Below are positions 10,152 to 20,081 of a stretch of DNA of 64,000 bases, piece after piece (the first letter of the stretch is position 1; each line of letters opens with the position of its first letter). Below the pieces are notes generated by a model. The model was not told the origin of the DNA. It saw only the letters and a program-made list of their open reading frames with translations, and did not search any database. The DNA is taken from assembly GCA_016205145.1 (NCBI GenBank), contig JACQJH010000001.1:195501-259500 (forward strand), read 5' to 3'. This stretch comes from Candidatus Iainarchaeum sp. Its GTDB lineage: Archaea; Iainarchaeota; Iainarchaeia; Iainarchaeales; JACQJH01. The position numbers and the translations under genes are program-made.

Positions 10152-10469
10152 TCATTTTATCGCCTTTCCCGTCGCCACCGCCTCGCTGACGATGCCTATC
10201 CGCCTGGCTTTTTCCTCGAATTCTTCGGGCGTATAGCACAGGCTTTCAAGCTGCTGTTTTTCGTTCCAGTAATCGTACATTTTTTCCATTCTGCTGAAAA
10301 AATTGGTCCCCTCAAACTTCTTGCTGACGATTATGAAATCATAGTCGGATTCTTCCAAAGCCCCGCCTTTGGCCCTTGAACCGAAAAGGATTATTCTGGC
10401 GTCCGAGAAATCCTTTTTGACTTTGTGCGCGAATGCAGCGATTATTTGCTTATCTGTTTTTCCGCCCAT
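10152..10469 (-). CDS. Nucleotidyltransferase (MNT) domain protein, antitoxin-like partner of HEPN
   Basis: 105 aa with a minimal nucleotidyltransferase motif (IILFGSRAKGGALEESDYDFIIVS). Confidence 0.8.
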   Translation of the reverse strand: MGGKTDKQIIAAFAHKVKKDFSDARIILFGSRAKGGALEESDYDFIIVSKKFEGTNFFSRMEKMYDYWNEKQQLESLCYTPEEFEEKARRIGIVSEAVATGKAIK

Positions 10470-10825
10470 TCAAAAACCTCTTTTGCGTTTTCAAGCAGTT
10501 CTTCCGCCATTTCGTCGCTGTAAGCGTCTTTTGGAATCGCGTTTGCGGCATCCGGATAGCGTGTTTGCACGTAGTGCGGATTGATTTTCCTGCAAGCTGA
10601 AACGATTTTTTCCGGCGCTTCAAGCTCTTCGGCCAATGCAATAATATTGTGCAGTGTCGTGCCCTTGTTCTTTTGCAGGATAAAAATAGCTTTCAAGGCC
10701 TTTTCAGCCGCCTGCTGGCAGTAAAACGCGCATGCGTAATAGACATCCTGCGAAAAAAGGATTTTTGCTGTTTCGAGGTCGTCTTCCGCCGCGTTAAGCC
10801 AGTCTAGGACTTCCTTGCGCATCAT
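10442..10825 (-). CDS. HEPN domain protein (toxin-like partner of MNT)
   Basis: 127-aa all-alpha protein (YYACAFYCQQAAEKALKAIF...). It overlaps the MNT gene by about 28 nt, which is the typical HEPN/MNT two-gene arrangement. Confidence 0.8.
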   Translation of the reverse strand: MMRKEVLDWLNAAEDDLETAKILFSQDVYYACAFYCQQAAEKALKAIFILQKNKGTTLHNIIALAEELEAPEKIVSACRKINPHYVQTRYPDAANAIPKDAYSDEMAEELLENAKEVFEWAEKQISK

Positions 10826-10917
10826 AAGGATTTGCCGGCTAAACCCATTTATTTATATGCCGCTTTCAAGGCATTTCTGATGCAAAGGGAGTTTTTTTAT
10901 AACTACTAAGCACTTAG

Positions 10918-11577
10918 GTGGTTTATGGCATTTTTTTCCGCCCCGCAAAAGTTTTCTCTTCCCCGACCACGGTAACCCTTCTGGCTTCAAACATTTTCAC
11001 AATCTTTCTCGCATTGACCGAAGGCTGGTCGCTGGCATTGGTTTTGTGGGTTTACTGGCTGCAAAGCGTAATTATCGGCTTTTTCCAGTTCCTCAAAATC
11101 CTTTCATTGGAAGAGTTTTCCTCCGACGGCGTTTCATTCAACGGCGTGCCGGTGCAGCCCACCACAAGGACAAAAATTTCCGTGGCATTCTTTTTTGCCC
11201 TGCACTACGGTTTTTTCCACCTTGTTTACGCGGTTTTTCTGGCATCCTTTTTTCTTTTCCAGGATTTTTCCGGAAGTTCCGCGCAGGCGCAATCCCAGGA
11301 CCTGTTTTTCTTTTTTCTTGCCGCGGCTGCCTTTTTCATAAACCATTTATTTTCGTTCCTGCATTTCAGGAACGCAGCCTCCGCTGAAAAGCCTAACATC
11401 GGCGCGGTGATGTTCGCGCCGTATGCGAGAATCATTCCGATGCATTTGACAATAATTTTCGGCGGGGTTTTGATTGCAACCGGCCAGGCCAAAAGCGCCC
11501 TGCTCCTTTTCCTGCTGTTGAAAACCGGGGCGGATTTGGCAATGCACCTGTTTGAGCACAAATCGCAATCGGTTTAG
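10918..11577 (+). CDS. Hypothetical polytopic membrane protein
   Basis: 219-aa ORF with 5-6 hydrophobic helices. No recognisable motif. Confidence 0.5.
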   Translation: MVYGIFFRPAKVFSSPTTVTLLASNIFTIFLALTEGWSLALVLWVYWLQSVIIGFFQFLKILSLEEFSSDGVSFNGVPVQPTTRTKISVAFFFALHYGFFHLVYAVFLASFFLFQDFSGSSAQAQSQDLFFFFLAAAAFFINHLFSFLHFRNAASAEKPNIGAVMFAPYARIIPMHLTIIFGGVLIATGQAKSALLLFLLLKTGADLAMHLFEHKSQSV

Positions 11578-12557
11578 CCCGCGAGAAAGTTTTTTTCTCC
11601 GCTTTGCGCCTGCCTTGCATTGAACAGCACCAGGCCGAGCAGGCCGAGCGCGAGGTTTGTTGCCAGCACTCCGAGCGAGAACGAGATTGCCTGCTGTGCG
11701 GGAATGCCGGCAAATGACAGGAAAAATATGAGGATTGCCTCCCTTGTGCCCAGGCCGGAAAAGGAAATGGGCAAAGATTCAAGCAGGAAAGCCGCAGGCA
11801 GGACCATGAGCAGGAAAAAATAGGAAACGTTTATGTGCACGGCCAACGCTATTATGTAGTATTGCCCTATTGCCGCAAGCCATGTTATGATTGTCAGCAA
11901 TGCAACAAACAGCGTGACCTGCTTTTCCCTGCCGAAACTTTTCATTCCTTCGTAGAAGTCGTGAAAACTTTCCCTGAATGTCGCCTTGAATTTTTCGGGC
12001 ACCAAGAACCCGAAGAACGGCTTTGCAACCTTCGCCATGAACTTTTTCCTTGAAATGAAAAATATTGCGCACACAAATGCAATGAACCCCGCACCGAGCG
12101 CTGCGAAAGCCGCGTTTCCGGCATTGTAAGCCAGGGAAAAAGCCGCGAGCCCGGCAAAAGCCATCAAAAAAAGCGTTGCCATGTCAAGCAATCTTTCAAC
12201 GAACACCGCGGAAAGGCATTGGCCCCTGCTTGCGCGCGGTGTTTCCTTGTTCAAATAAACCGCGCGCAGGAAATCCCCGACCTTGCCAGGGCTCAGCAAT
12301 CCGAAAAAGAATCCGATTGCCCAGATTTCAGCCGACTTGGCGAGGGAAATTTTTCCTTTCACCGGCTTCAAAAGCAGTTGCGCCTTCAAGGCCTTCAAAA
12401 AAAGCAGTGGCAGCAAGGCCAGCACGCCCAAGGCGAACAGCAGAAGGTTTGTCCTGAGCAGGCTTGCAATGATTTTCTGCGGGTCGAAGTAAAGGACAAT
12501 TCCCGCAAACAGCGCCACGCCGACCAAGCCGAGGTATTTTGAAAGGCCTTTCATCAA
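11574..12557 (-). CDS. Flippase-like / lysylphosphatidylglycerol-synthase TM-domain family membrane protein (UPF0104)
   Basis: 327 aa with about 8 TM helices. The N-terminal pattern (KYLGLVGVALFAGIVLYFDPQKIIASL...LKPVKGKISLAKSAEIWAIGFFFGLLSPGKVGDF) is typical of the TIGR00374 family. Confidence 0.65.
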   Translation of the reverse strand: MMKGLSKYLGLVGVALFAGIVLYFDPQKIIASLLRTNLLLFALGVLALLPLLFLKALKAQLLLKPVKGKISLAKSAEIWAIGFFFGLLSPGKVGDFLRAVYLNKETPRASRGQCLSAVFVERLLDMATLFLMAFAGLAAFSLAYNAGNAAFAALGAGFIAFVCAIFFISRKKFMAKVAKPFFGFLVPEKFKATFRESFHDFYEGMKSFGREKQVTLFVALLTIITWLAAIGQYYIIALAVHINVSYFFLLMVLPAAFLLESLPISFSGLGTREAILIFFLSFAGIPAQQAISFSLGVLATNLALGLLGLVLFNARQAQSGEKNFLAG

Positions 12558-12602
12558 AAAAACCGTTCAAAAATTTAGGCCGGCAATTGTTTTAAAGCTT
12601 GC

Positions 12603-12722
12603 CTCGCCGTCATCGCCCGGCGGGTGCGAAACCAAGGCCTTCGTTGCAAAATCTTGGATTTTGCGACGTGCCCAGAATCTTTGGATTCTGGGGCATCACT
12701 GTTGTGAAAGACCGAGTGAGCT
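12603..12722 (+). repeat. Intergenic H1'-H2 element with module B in the H2 loop
   Basis: CGCCGTCATCGCCCGGCGGG TGCGAAACCAAGGCCTTCG [TTGCAAAATCTTGGATTTTGCGACGTGCCCAGAATCTTTGGATTCTGGGGCATCAC] TGTTGTGAAAGACCGAGTGAGC. Confidence 0.75.
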
Positions 12723-12762
12723 AATTTTCAATATTACTGTGCGAAAAGAATTTTTTTTTGTT

Positions 12763-15160
12763 TCAGCTTGCCAGCCTTCCGAAAATGCCGAACAGGTTGT
12801 TGAAATTATTGCTCTCTTCTCCGAGGCTTTTTATCTGCTCGTCAAGCAGTGCAATCGTTTCCTTGTCGGCTGAGCCGCTTGCCTCAAGCTTTGCCTTGAT
12901 TTCATTCAGCTTTTCCGATCTTTCCTTCAGTTTTGCCGCATAATCGCCGTTGCCAACAAGCTTGTCAACAAACCCAAGCTTCTCCTTGTCCTGCACGGTC
13001 ATGTCGGCAGTGGCGCCAAGCTGGTTTGCAAGCGCGGGATCGGATTCCGCCCATTTGGATGCAATCTTGTAAAGGTCTTCCTGAACTCCAATTTTGGCTT
13101 CCCCGCCGTATGCAACGCCGAACTTCCTGCACATGTTATCGACTACAAGCCTTGCTGTCTGATCGGGGTTCCTTTCGGCATTAAGGCATTGCTTTGCCGC
13201 CTGCTTTTTGGCTTCGCACCTCAAGGCAGCTTCCGCCTTGCATTTTGCCGCCTCAAGCCTCATCCTGTCCAAACCGGCTGAAACCTGGCTGCCGGCCTGC
13301 CTGCACATTGAAGTAGCCTGCGCTTCACTTGGGAAAAACCTTGTCATGTTCTGCGCGTCGCCCAAAAACTGTTCGACTATTTCATCATCGGTCATTTCGC
13401 ACAATTCTTCAGGCGACGGTCCCGGTCCCATGGGTCCGCCGAAACCGCCTTGCGGTCCTTGCGGCCCGAAACCCTGGCCGCCAAAGCCCTGTCCTTGTCC
13501 GCCCTGCATTCCGCCAGGTCCGACACCCGGCCTTATACAGTTGCCCTGCTTGCTTGGGTCAGGATATTCGCCTGGCGGGCATTGCCCTTGCCCCTGCTGG
13601 TTCGGTCCGCCGAATGGCCCGCCCTGTCCGAATCCTTGTCCCTGCTGCTGCATAGGCTGGCCTATTCCCTGATTGGGGAACGGTCCCTGGTTTGGAGAAT
13701 TCGGCAGCATGAGGCCGTTCGGCCCCTGTTGCATTCCGAATCCGAAATTGTTAAGCACGTCGTTTGTCTGCATGACCGGCTGGCCATTCTGCATTTGCTG
13801 CGGCTGGACGTTTTGCTCTGCAACCTGCTGCTGTTCAGCCTGTGGAGCCTGCACTATTTCTTCAGCGCTTTGGCTCAGGCTTTCATCCGCTTTCTGCTCG
13901 GCTTCCTGGAGCCTTGCAAGGATTGCAAGCATTGTCGGCGAAGAAATTGAAATTTCATCCGAAGCGGTTGCACCGCCATCGGTTGGCGCGGGTGCTGGTT
14001 CTGGTGCCGGGGCAGGTGCGGGTTCAGGCGCTGGAGCCGGTTCTGGCTGCGGAGCAGGCTGCTGCTGTTCCACCTGCGGTTGCTGCTCGCCTTGAGGCTG
14101 TTGTTGCTGCTGGTCTTGCGGCGGCACGTATCCAGGCGGAGGAGAATTGCACTGGTAGCTTCCGGTATTGCAGTTCCATCCGAACTCACATTGTGGCGGC
14201 TGTCCCTGGCATCCGTTTGGTCCGGGTCCCTGTTGCGGTGGACCGAATCCCTGCGGTTCGGACCTTTGCTGTTCCCAGCCGCGCTGTTCAAATCCCGGTC
14301 CTTGGTTGCGATATTGAGAGTTAATGCATCCGCCCCTTCCATCCGGTTCAGAGCCTTCGCCACATGGCATTTGCTGGTTTCCGCCCTGTCCCGGTCCGCG
14401 CGGCCCGAAATTTGTCGGCAACTGCGGTCCGAATCCTTCCTGGCCCTCGAATTCTTTCATTTTTGAGCATTCGTCTCTGAACTTTGAAATCTGCTGCCTT
14501 ATCTTTTCCTTCTGCTTTTCAAGCTGCCCGGCGATTTTTTCCTTTTCCTTGTTCAGCCTGGCAAGGCAAACATTTTGAATCAGTTCGGGTGTCATGTCCT
14601 TCAAAGTCAGGCTGTCAGGGTCATAGCCTGCGTCCCTCATGTCCTTTTTCTTGTCAGCAGGAATTGGCATTTTTCCTTCGCTGATCTGGCTACAGAACAA
14701 CTGCGAATCAGAATCGCACGAGCTTGACTCCGCGTCTATTGTGCCGCACGCGGTTGGAGCATCCTCTTTTATCGCGCCGACAATTTCGTTTGTCAAAGCG
14801 TCCCTGTCGGTTTTGCAGCCCTCAATGAACTTTGCGCTGTTTGATGCAACCCAAGTGTAGGCGGTCGTCATTGCCTTTGTGACGTCCTCTTCAGCCACGT
14901 ATTGCGAGTCGGCAAAGCTTGATGAAACATAGCTGTCTATTCCCATGCCGGAATCAAAGCCGAATCCGCCAAATCCCTGCTCGTCTTGCTGTCCGCCGAA
15001 GCCTTGCTGCTGGCCGAAACCCTGCTGGAAACCCTGGCCTTGGCCCTGCTGCGGAAACTGTCCCTGCTGCGGAAACTGCGCAAACGCCAAGCCGGCAAAA
15101 ACCGCGAACGCGAAAAGCAATGCGATTATTCCAATGCCTTTTTTCTGCAAATTGACCACT
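12763..15160 (-). CDS. Secreted low-complexity Q/G/P-rich, Cys-rich protein (cell-surface candidate)
   Basis: Signal peptide (KKGIGIIALLFAFAVFAGLAFAQ) followed by QGQGFQQGFGQQQGFGG tracts, PEPAPAPEPAPAPAPEPAPAP repeats, many Cys, and a coiled-coil-like C-terminus. The track ORF runs on to 15585, but its first ~140 codons cross the intergenic hairpin repeat, so the likely start is a GTG/TTG near 15160. Confidence 0.6.
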
Positions 15161-15213
15161 GTCAAAGCAAAGTTTAATCCCCTATTTAAGCTTTGCTTTT
15201 TAGCTTTTCGAAC

Positions 15214-15273
15214 CGGCGGTTTCGTCCGCCGGGTCCGAAACCAAGGCGTATTGCTGATGCAATACGCCGAGTA
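15214..15273 (+). repeat. Intergenic H1-H2 element without insertion
   Basis: CGGCGGTTTCGTCCGCCGGG TCCGAAACCAAGGCGTATTGCTGATGCAATACGCCGAGTA. The first 40 nt are identical to the tRNA-Lys trailer. Confidence 0.8.
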
Positions 15274-15341
15274 TGCCAGCATATGATGCAAAAGTGCACA
15301 CTTGGCTTGTATTTGTGCCTGCAACCGGAATCGTTTTTCTT

Positions 15342-16523
15342 TTACCAGCCGTAGCTTTTCGCGCGCGAATACTGCAGGGCTGAGAAAACGCGGATTGTTT
15401 TGAGCTTTGGCAGTTTTGGGTTTGCCAGCAGCCTCAATCCGACAAGCAGCTTGTCCGAAAACGTCAGGCTTGTCAGGTTTTCCGGCATTATGCCGCCCAT
15501 TTCGTTCAGCTTTTTCTCGTCGAAAGTGTAAAGGCTTTTCTTTCCGCCGATAATGGAACCGTAATTGGGGAACTCCTTTCTCCATTTTTCAGAGTATTCC
15601 GCGAAAGCCTTTTCCGAAAAATCGTTTTGCTTCGCCGCCTTCGCAATCGTTTCCGCGCAAAGCCTGCCTGACATGAGTGAAAGAGCCGTGCCGCCTTCAA
15701 ACATCGGGGACGTAAAACCTGCCGCATCTCCGACCAAGGCAAACCTTTCCCCGCACGTTTTCGAAACCGGCCCGGATTCCGGTATGAGCCCGCCGAAAGT
15801 TTTTGTCACCTTCTTGTCCTCGAGCCGCATTTCCCTGATGAAACCGTCAAGGAATGCCTTTGCTTTTCCCTTTTCATTCGTAACTATTCCGACATTCGCC
15901 CTGTTCCCGCTTTTCGGGATAATCCAGGCATAACCGTGCGGCGCGAATTTGGTGGAAAAAAAGAAGTCGATTAAATCCTGGTCGACCAGGCCGTGCATTT
16001 CAACCTGCACGCCAATCACTGTTTCAGGTTTCCTGTTGATTCCGGTTTTCTGCGAAAAAACCGACGTCGGGCCGGAAGCATCGACAACGGTTTTGGCAAT
16101 GAATGTTCCGCCGCTGGTCTGTATGCGCCATCCTTCCGTGTCTTTCACGAACTGTTCCGCCCGCGTGTTCAAAAAGATTTTTGCGCCGGCTGCCTGCGCC
16201 TCGCCCACAATGAACCTTTCAAACTTGTGCTTTTCGAGCACAAAGCCTTTTTCGCGCACAACGGAATTCTTTCCGTTCGGAAAAATCACGCGGATGCCTT
16301 CAACGCGCTTTGAAATCACGCTGTCGGGCAGCTTCAGGCCGATCCTGTCAACCGCCAGTTCGGAAAGGCATTCGCCGCAGTGCACGGGTTCGCCAACCGC
16401 GGGGTGCTCTTCAATCACGCAAACACTGAGGCCGAGCCTGGCGCAATGCAATGCAGTTGAGCCTCCGGCCGGGCCCGAGCCTATGACCGCGACATCAAAA
16501 ACGTTTTCAGCCAAGCAAAACAA
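15342..16523 (-). CDS. Geranylgeranyl reductase family FAD-dependent oxidoreductase (digeranylgeranylglycerophospholipid reductase-like)
   Basis: N-terminal FAD-binding fold (DVAVIGSGPAGGSTALHCARLGLSVCVIEEH). Length (393 aa) and motifs fit GGR. Confidence 0.85.
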   Translation of the reverse strand: MFCLAENVFDVAVIGSGPAGGSTALHCARLGLSVCVIEEHPAVGEPVHCGECLSELAVDRIGLKLPDSVISKRVEGIRVIFPNGKNSVVREKGFVLEKHKFERFIVGEAQAAGAKIFLNTRAEQFVKDTEGWRIQTSGGTFIAKTVVDASGPTSVFSQKTGINRKPETVIGVQVEMHGLVDQDLIDFFFSTKFAPHGYAWIIPKSGNRANVGIVTNEKGKAKAFLDGFIREMRLEDKKVTKTFGGLIPESGPVSKTCGERFALVGDAAGFTSPMFEGGTALSLMSGRLCAETIAKAAKQNDFSEKAFAEYSEKWRKEFPNYGSIIGGKKSLYTFDEKKLNEMGGIMPENLTSLTFSDKLLVGLRLLANPKLPKLKTIRVFSALQYSRAKSYGW

Positions 16524-16643
16524 CCTTTAAGATAGAAGCCAGAAGCCCTTTTTATTATTTGTTCCAAAACGTGTTTTCGGCGCATGGCCGAAAACAAGGC
16601 ATCCGCTTCATGAGGCGTCAGGTATGCCTGTTGGCTATTGGCT

Positions 16644-18176
16644 TTAAGACCAGCAGTTTTTCACAGTGTATTCAAGCGAAGCGCTTGAGTCCGCTTCAAC
16701 GGGCACGGAGAACTCGAACGTGTACGCGTCCTTTTTCACGTACTCGAAGTTCGCCTTTGTTATCTGCGCGTTGCCGCCCGCGTTCTCGATTGCCTTCACT
16801 GTAATCTTCTCTTTCTTGTGGTTCCTTATGTCGACCTTGTACGATTGCACCGAGCAGGCCGGAAGGTTCTGCTGTTCAACCGTGGTTTTTTGCGCGGCAA
16901 TGTCGAATGCATAGCCGACAAACAGCTTCCTTTCCTCGTCTTTCGGAGTATGAGTTATGCTGTCTTCGCCCAGGAACTGCGCATTGCTTCCGTCGGCCTT
17001 GTAAACCCTCACAGTGCCGGCAGGCAATGGCATTCCGAGACTGCTTTTTTCGTCGTTCTTGAAGTTGACCATGACTTTAACGCTGTTCGCGCCATCCGAA
17101 TCGCTGCCCGTATAATAGTAGCGGTTGCCCTCGAAGACGAATTCCTTCTGCACTGCAACGCTTTTCGCGCGCAGCAGGGAAATCTGCTTCGACTCCTTGT
17201 CCAAAACGTCGGTTTTCCGGTCAAGCGTGTAAGTATGGTATTCGAAAGCGTTGGCCTGCGAAAAGCCTGGCGCGCTTCCCCCTGCGGCATCCGCTGCCTT
17301 GGATTCTGCCAGCATGGGCACAGGGTAGGCGTTTCTGCCCTGCAGATTCAGTTGTCCGGCAAGCAATGTGAGCGAGGCATTCCTGAAATCAATGCCGGTG
17401 CTGTTTGAAACAGTCACGTTTCCAGAAAAGTCCATTGCGGTCTCGTCATCATTGAGCTTTGCAACGTAGTCCGCGCTCCAGCCGAGGCCGCCGGTCAGAT
17501 AGCTGACATTGACTTTCCTGTTGCCGGAGCTTTCCGCGAAAACTTTGAGCACAAGCGTGGGCTTTGTCAGCAAACCGGGTTTCTGCCCGAACGAAACCGT
17601 TGAAACGTTCTGCAATGAAACTATGCCGTCCTGAGTTTCAAGGACTATGCCGTCGGAATGGCTCAGCAGCTTTCCGGTGTATGATTTCGCTTCCGCGCCG
17701 CCCTGCACTTCAACTGTTATGGTTTCGCCGACAAATTTTTCCAGCAAAGCCTGCCTTGACGCGGTATCATAATCGTAATTCTGTTCCGCTACGAAAGTTT
17801 CAGGGAACATGAGATCATTGAACAAAACCGTGCCCGTGTCGATGAGCTGTGAAACGTCGCTGAAGTTCACTAGATTCAGGCCCTTTTCAAGGGAAATCTC
17901 CCTTGTCTCGTTCACCAGGCCGAGATTGCCCTGGTAGATTGTAAGCGCGAGGCCTGCATTGTCCGGCAGGCTCTGGACTTCCTGTGCAAACGCCTGCAGG
18001 TAGGCTTTCGGCCTTTCCGAGGAAACGACCTTCGAATACTCGCCTATCCTGTACTGCGGTGTTTCCTTCATTCCGGGGTTGAACAGCAATGCAACCACTC
18101 CGACAATGAAAATGACCGCGATGACCGCCAGCAGCTTTTTCGCAAAACCATTTTCCAGAAAATCCTTTCCAACCAT
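16644..18176 (-). CDS. Hypothetical membrane-anchored extracellular protein (possibly DUF4139-like)
   Basis: 510 aa with an N-terminal TM anchor and a long beta-rich ectodomain. The family assignment is tentative. Confidence 0.45.
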   Translation of the reverse strand: MVGKDFLENGFAKKLLAVIAVIFIVGVVALLFNPGMKETPQYRIGEYSKVVSSERPKAYLQAFAQEVQSLPDNAGLALTIYQGNLGLVNETREISLEKGLNLVNFSDVSQLIDTGTVLFNDLMFPETFVAEQNYDYDTASRQALLEKFVGETITVEVQGGAEAKSYTGKLLSHSDGIVLETQDGIVSLQNVSTVSFGQKPGLLTKPTLVLKVFAESSGNRKVNVSYLTGGLGWSADYVAKLNDDETAMDFSGNVTVSNSTGIDFRNASLTLLAGQLNLQGRNAYPVPMLAESKAADAAGGSAPGFSQANAFEYHTYTLDRKTDVLDKESKQISLLRAKSVAVQKEFVFEGNRYYYTGSDSDGANSVKVMVNFKNDEKSSLGMPLPAGTVRVYKADGSNAQFLGEDSITHTPKDEERKLFVGYAFDIAAQKTTVEQQNLPACSVQSYKVDIRNHKKEKITVKAIENAGGNAQITKANFEYVKKDAYTFEFSVPVEADSSASLEYTVKNCWS

Positions 18177-18260
18177 TCTTTCTCACCACAAAACTCTTTT
18201 CCGCTAACACAATAAACGCGCGACTTTTATAAATCATTTTGCTTTTGTTTAGGCGAAAGG

Positions 18261-19349
18261 CTAACCGCCCAACGCTTTGAAATCGATGTTCCTGCAGACC
18301 GCGGCTTTTTTGCCGAAAAAGAATGCGTGCAGCTTTTCCTTTCCCGACAGCTTTTCCTCTATCCTTTTTTTCATTGCAAGCTGTTCTTCCTGGCCAAACT
18401 TTCCGCGCAAAACAACCTTTCCAGTGCCCAGCCTTTGGAGCGCGGGCACAAGCGCGCTTTCATCCGCGTTTTCCAGCGTTTCAAGCACCCTGAACCTGTT
18501 TTTGAAAAACGCGCTTGCAAGCTCTTCGTCTGCGGACAAAAACTTTTCGTTGAAACCCCATGCTTTTCCGCCCAGAGCTTCCAGCAGTTTTTCCTTCAGG
18601 CCTGCCTTTCCGACAATTTCATCCAGTTCGAACAGGAAACCGCCGAGCTTTTCATCCGGGGCAGAGTTTTGCGCGCCATCGCCTTCAATCCTTTCGCCTT
18701 CAGGCAAAACGACCGCGGAAACCACCGCTTTTTTGAGCTTGCCAAAATAAAGGCTTACGCAGTTCGGCTCGTGCTCCAATGAAACGAATTCCTTTTCACA
18801 GTCAGCAGGCAAATCCTTCAATGCAAGCTCATGCGAAACCTCAACGCAAACGATTTCCACCCCGGCTTTCTTCGCAAACTCTATGAGTTCGCGGGTGTCC
18901 GGCTGTGTCTTGTGCAAATCCTTTTCCCTTCTCTCCGCGCTTCTCCTTGAAGGATCGGCGAAGACGACTTCCGCTTTCAGCGCCTTCAGGTCGGCTTTCC
19001 TGTAATCCGCGCGGATGAATTCAATGTTTCTGCACCCGTATGCTTTGGCATTCATTTTTGCGCACTCTATTGCCTCGGCATCGTTGTCGAAAGCGAAAAC
19101 CCTTTTGCAGTTTTTAGCCAAGGCAATCGCGTCCATGCCGATGCCGCAGCACAAATCAACGCCAATCCCTGCCTTCAGCCTGCCTGCGCGATAGAACGCG
19201 ACCTTTTCCGGCGTCGCCTGCTCCAATGCGGCTTTTGAAGGGAAAAACATTTCCCTGGCCCTTGAAAACTTTTTCTTTGCGAAAAAGCGCAACTCCTTGA
19301 GTTCCTGCTTTGAAATTTCCGGCATGCAAGAATGCTTGTGGAGAAACAA
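18261..19349 (-). CDS. Class I SAM-dependent methyltransferase (Tgs1/Methyltransf_15-like, probable RNA methyltransferase)
   Basis: SAM-binding motif I (GIGVDLCCGIGMDAIALAKNCKRVFAFDND) and post-I acidic residues. 362 aa. Confidence 0.7.
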   Translation of the reverse strand: MFLHKHSCMPEISKQELKELRFFAKKKFSRAREMFFPSKAALEQATPEKVAFYRAGRLKAGIGVDLCCGIGMDAIALAKNCKRVFAFDNDAEAIECAKMNAKAYGCRNIEFIRADYRKADLKALKAEVVFADPSRRSAERREKDLHKTQPDTRELIEFAKKAGVEIVCVEVSHELALKDLPADCEKEFVSLEHEPNCVSLYFGKLKKAVVSAVVLPEGERIEGDGAQNSAPDEKLGGFLFELDEIVGKAGLKEKLLEALGGKAWGFNEKFLSADEELASAFFKNRFRVLETLENADESALVPALQRLGTGKVVLRGKFGQEEQLAMKKRIEEKLSGKEKLHAFFFGKKAAVCRNIDFKALGG

Positions 19350-19408
19350 TTTAAAACGCGCCCAGCCGGCAACAGCCTTTTATTCACAAAAAGCAATTCT
19401 TTTTTTTC

Positions 19409-20002
19409 ATGCGCAAAATTTCACGGCCCGGAATGATTGCAATAATCCTGCTTGCCTTGGGCCTGCTGCTTTTGGGCTGTGTTTCCCCGCCTTCGACTGC
19501 GCCTCCCTCCGGCGTGCCACCGCCGGACCGCATTCCCACAAAAGAAGAGCGCGCCGCTTCGAAGTGCGTTCTCACAAATTATGGGCACATTGTTCCCGGA
19601 GAAACGGAATGCGAATTGCTTTGGGGCTATCCTTCGTACAAGCCGGTTGCCGCGGCCTGCGCCAACCTTGAAGCGCCGGATATTCCATCAGATATTGCCG
19701 GTCCGCCTGGAACAGGCAACCTTGTTGAATGCACTGATGAAGGGTTGGCGCACAAGGACTGCTGTGATTCCCTGAAAATAGTCTGGCCTGACTGGACCTG
19801 CTCGGCCGGCAGGCTGTACTGCCTTGGCTCACATGGCCTTGCGCAGCAAAAGCGCCTCTCCGGTCACAGCGCGCGCTGCGCAACGTGCGAGGACATGTGC
19901 CCGCCCAGCTTCGGCACGTGCAAGAATGGCGTGTGCTACGCGAAAAACCAGCCCGGCAACTGGACTCAGCGCGTGGACTGCAAAACCCTAAAACCGAAAT
20001 GA
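19409..20002 (+). CDS. Cys-rich secreted lipoprotein, hypothetical
   Basis: Signal peptide with a lipobox-like LLGC and a Pro-rich linker, then a 16-Cys domain. Confidence 0.5.
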   Translation: MRKISRPGMIAIILLALGLLLLGCVSPPSTAPPSGVPPPDRIPTKEERAASKCVLTNYGHIVPGETECELLWGYPSYKPVAAACANLEAPDIPSDIAGPPGTGNLVECTDEGLAHKDCCDSLKIVWPDWTCSAGRLYCLGSHGLAQQKRLSGHSARCATCEDMCPPSFGTCKNGVCYAKNQPGNWTQRVDCKTLKPK

Positions 20003-20081
20003 AATCCGGCTTCTTTGCTTCTTCGTTTACTGACGAAAACAGCAAACATATTTAAGAACGGCCGAGCCAAATTATTTACCG

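Noticed and set aside
10048-10239. 63-aa ORF overlapping the 3' end of the MNT gene on the same strand
   Set aside because: It overlaps the well-supported MNT ORF by 88 nt in another frame. It is probably spurious, though a short out-of-frame product cannot be excluded.
15161-15585. N-terminal 140 codons of the 940-aa track ORF 12763..15585
   Set aside because: This stretch reads through the H1-H2 hairpin repeat and the intergenic DNA and precedes a clear signal peptide. It is treated as non-coding, and the gene is started near 15160.
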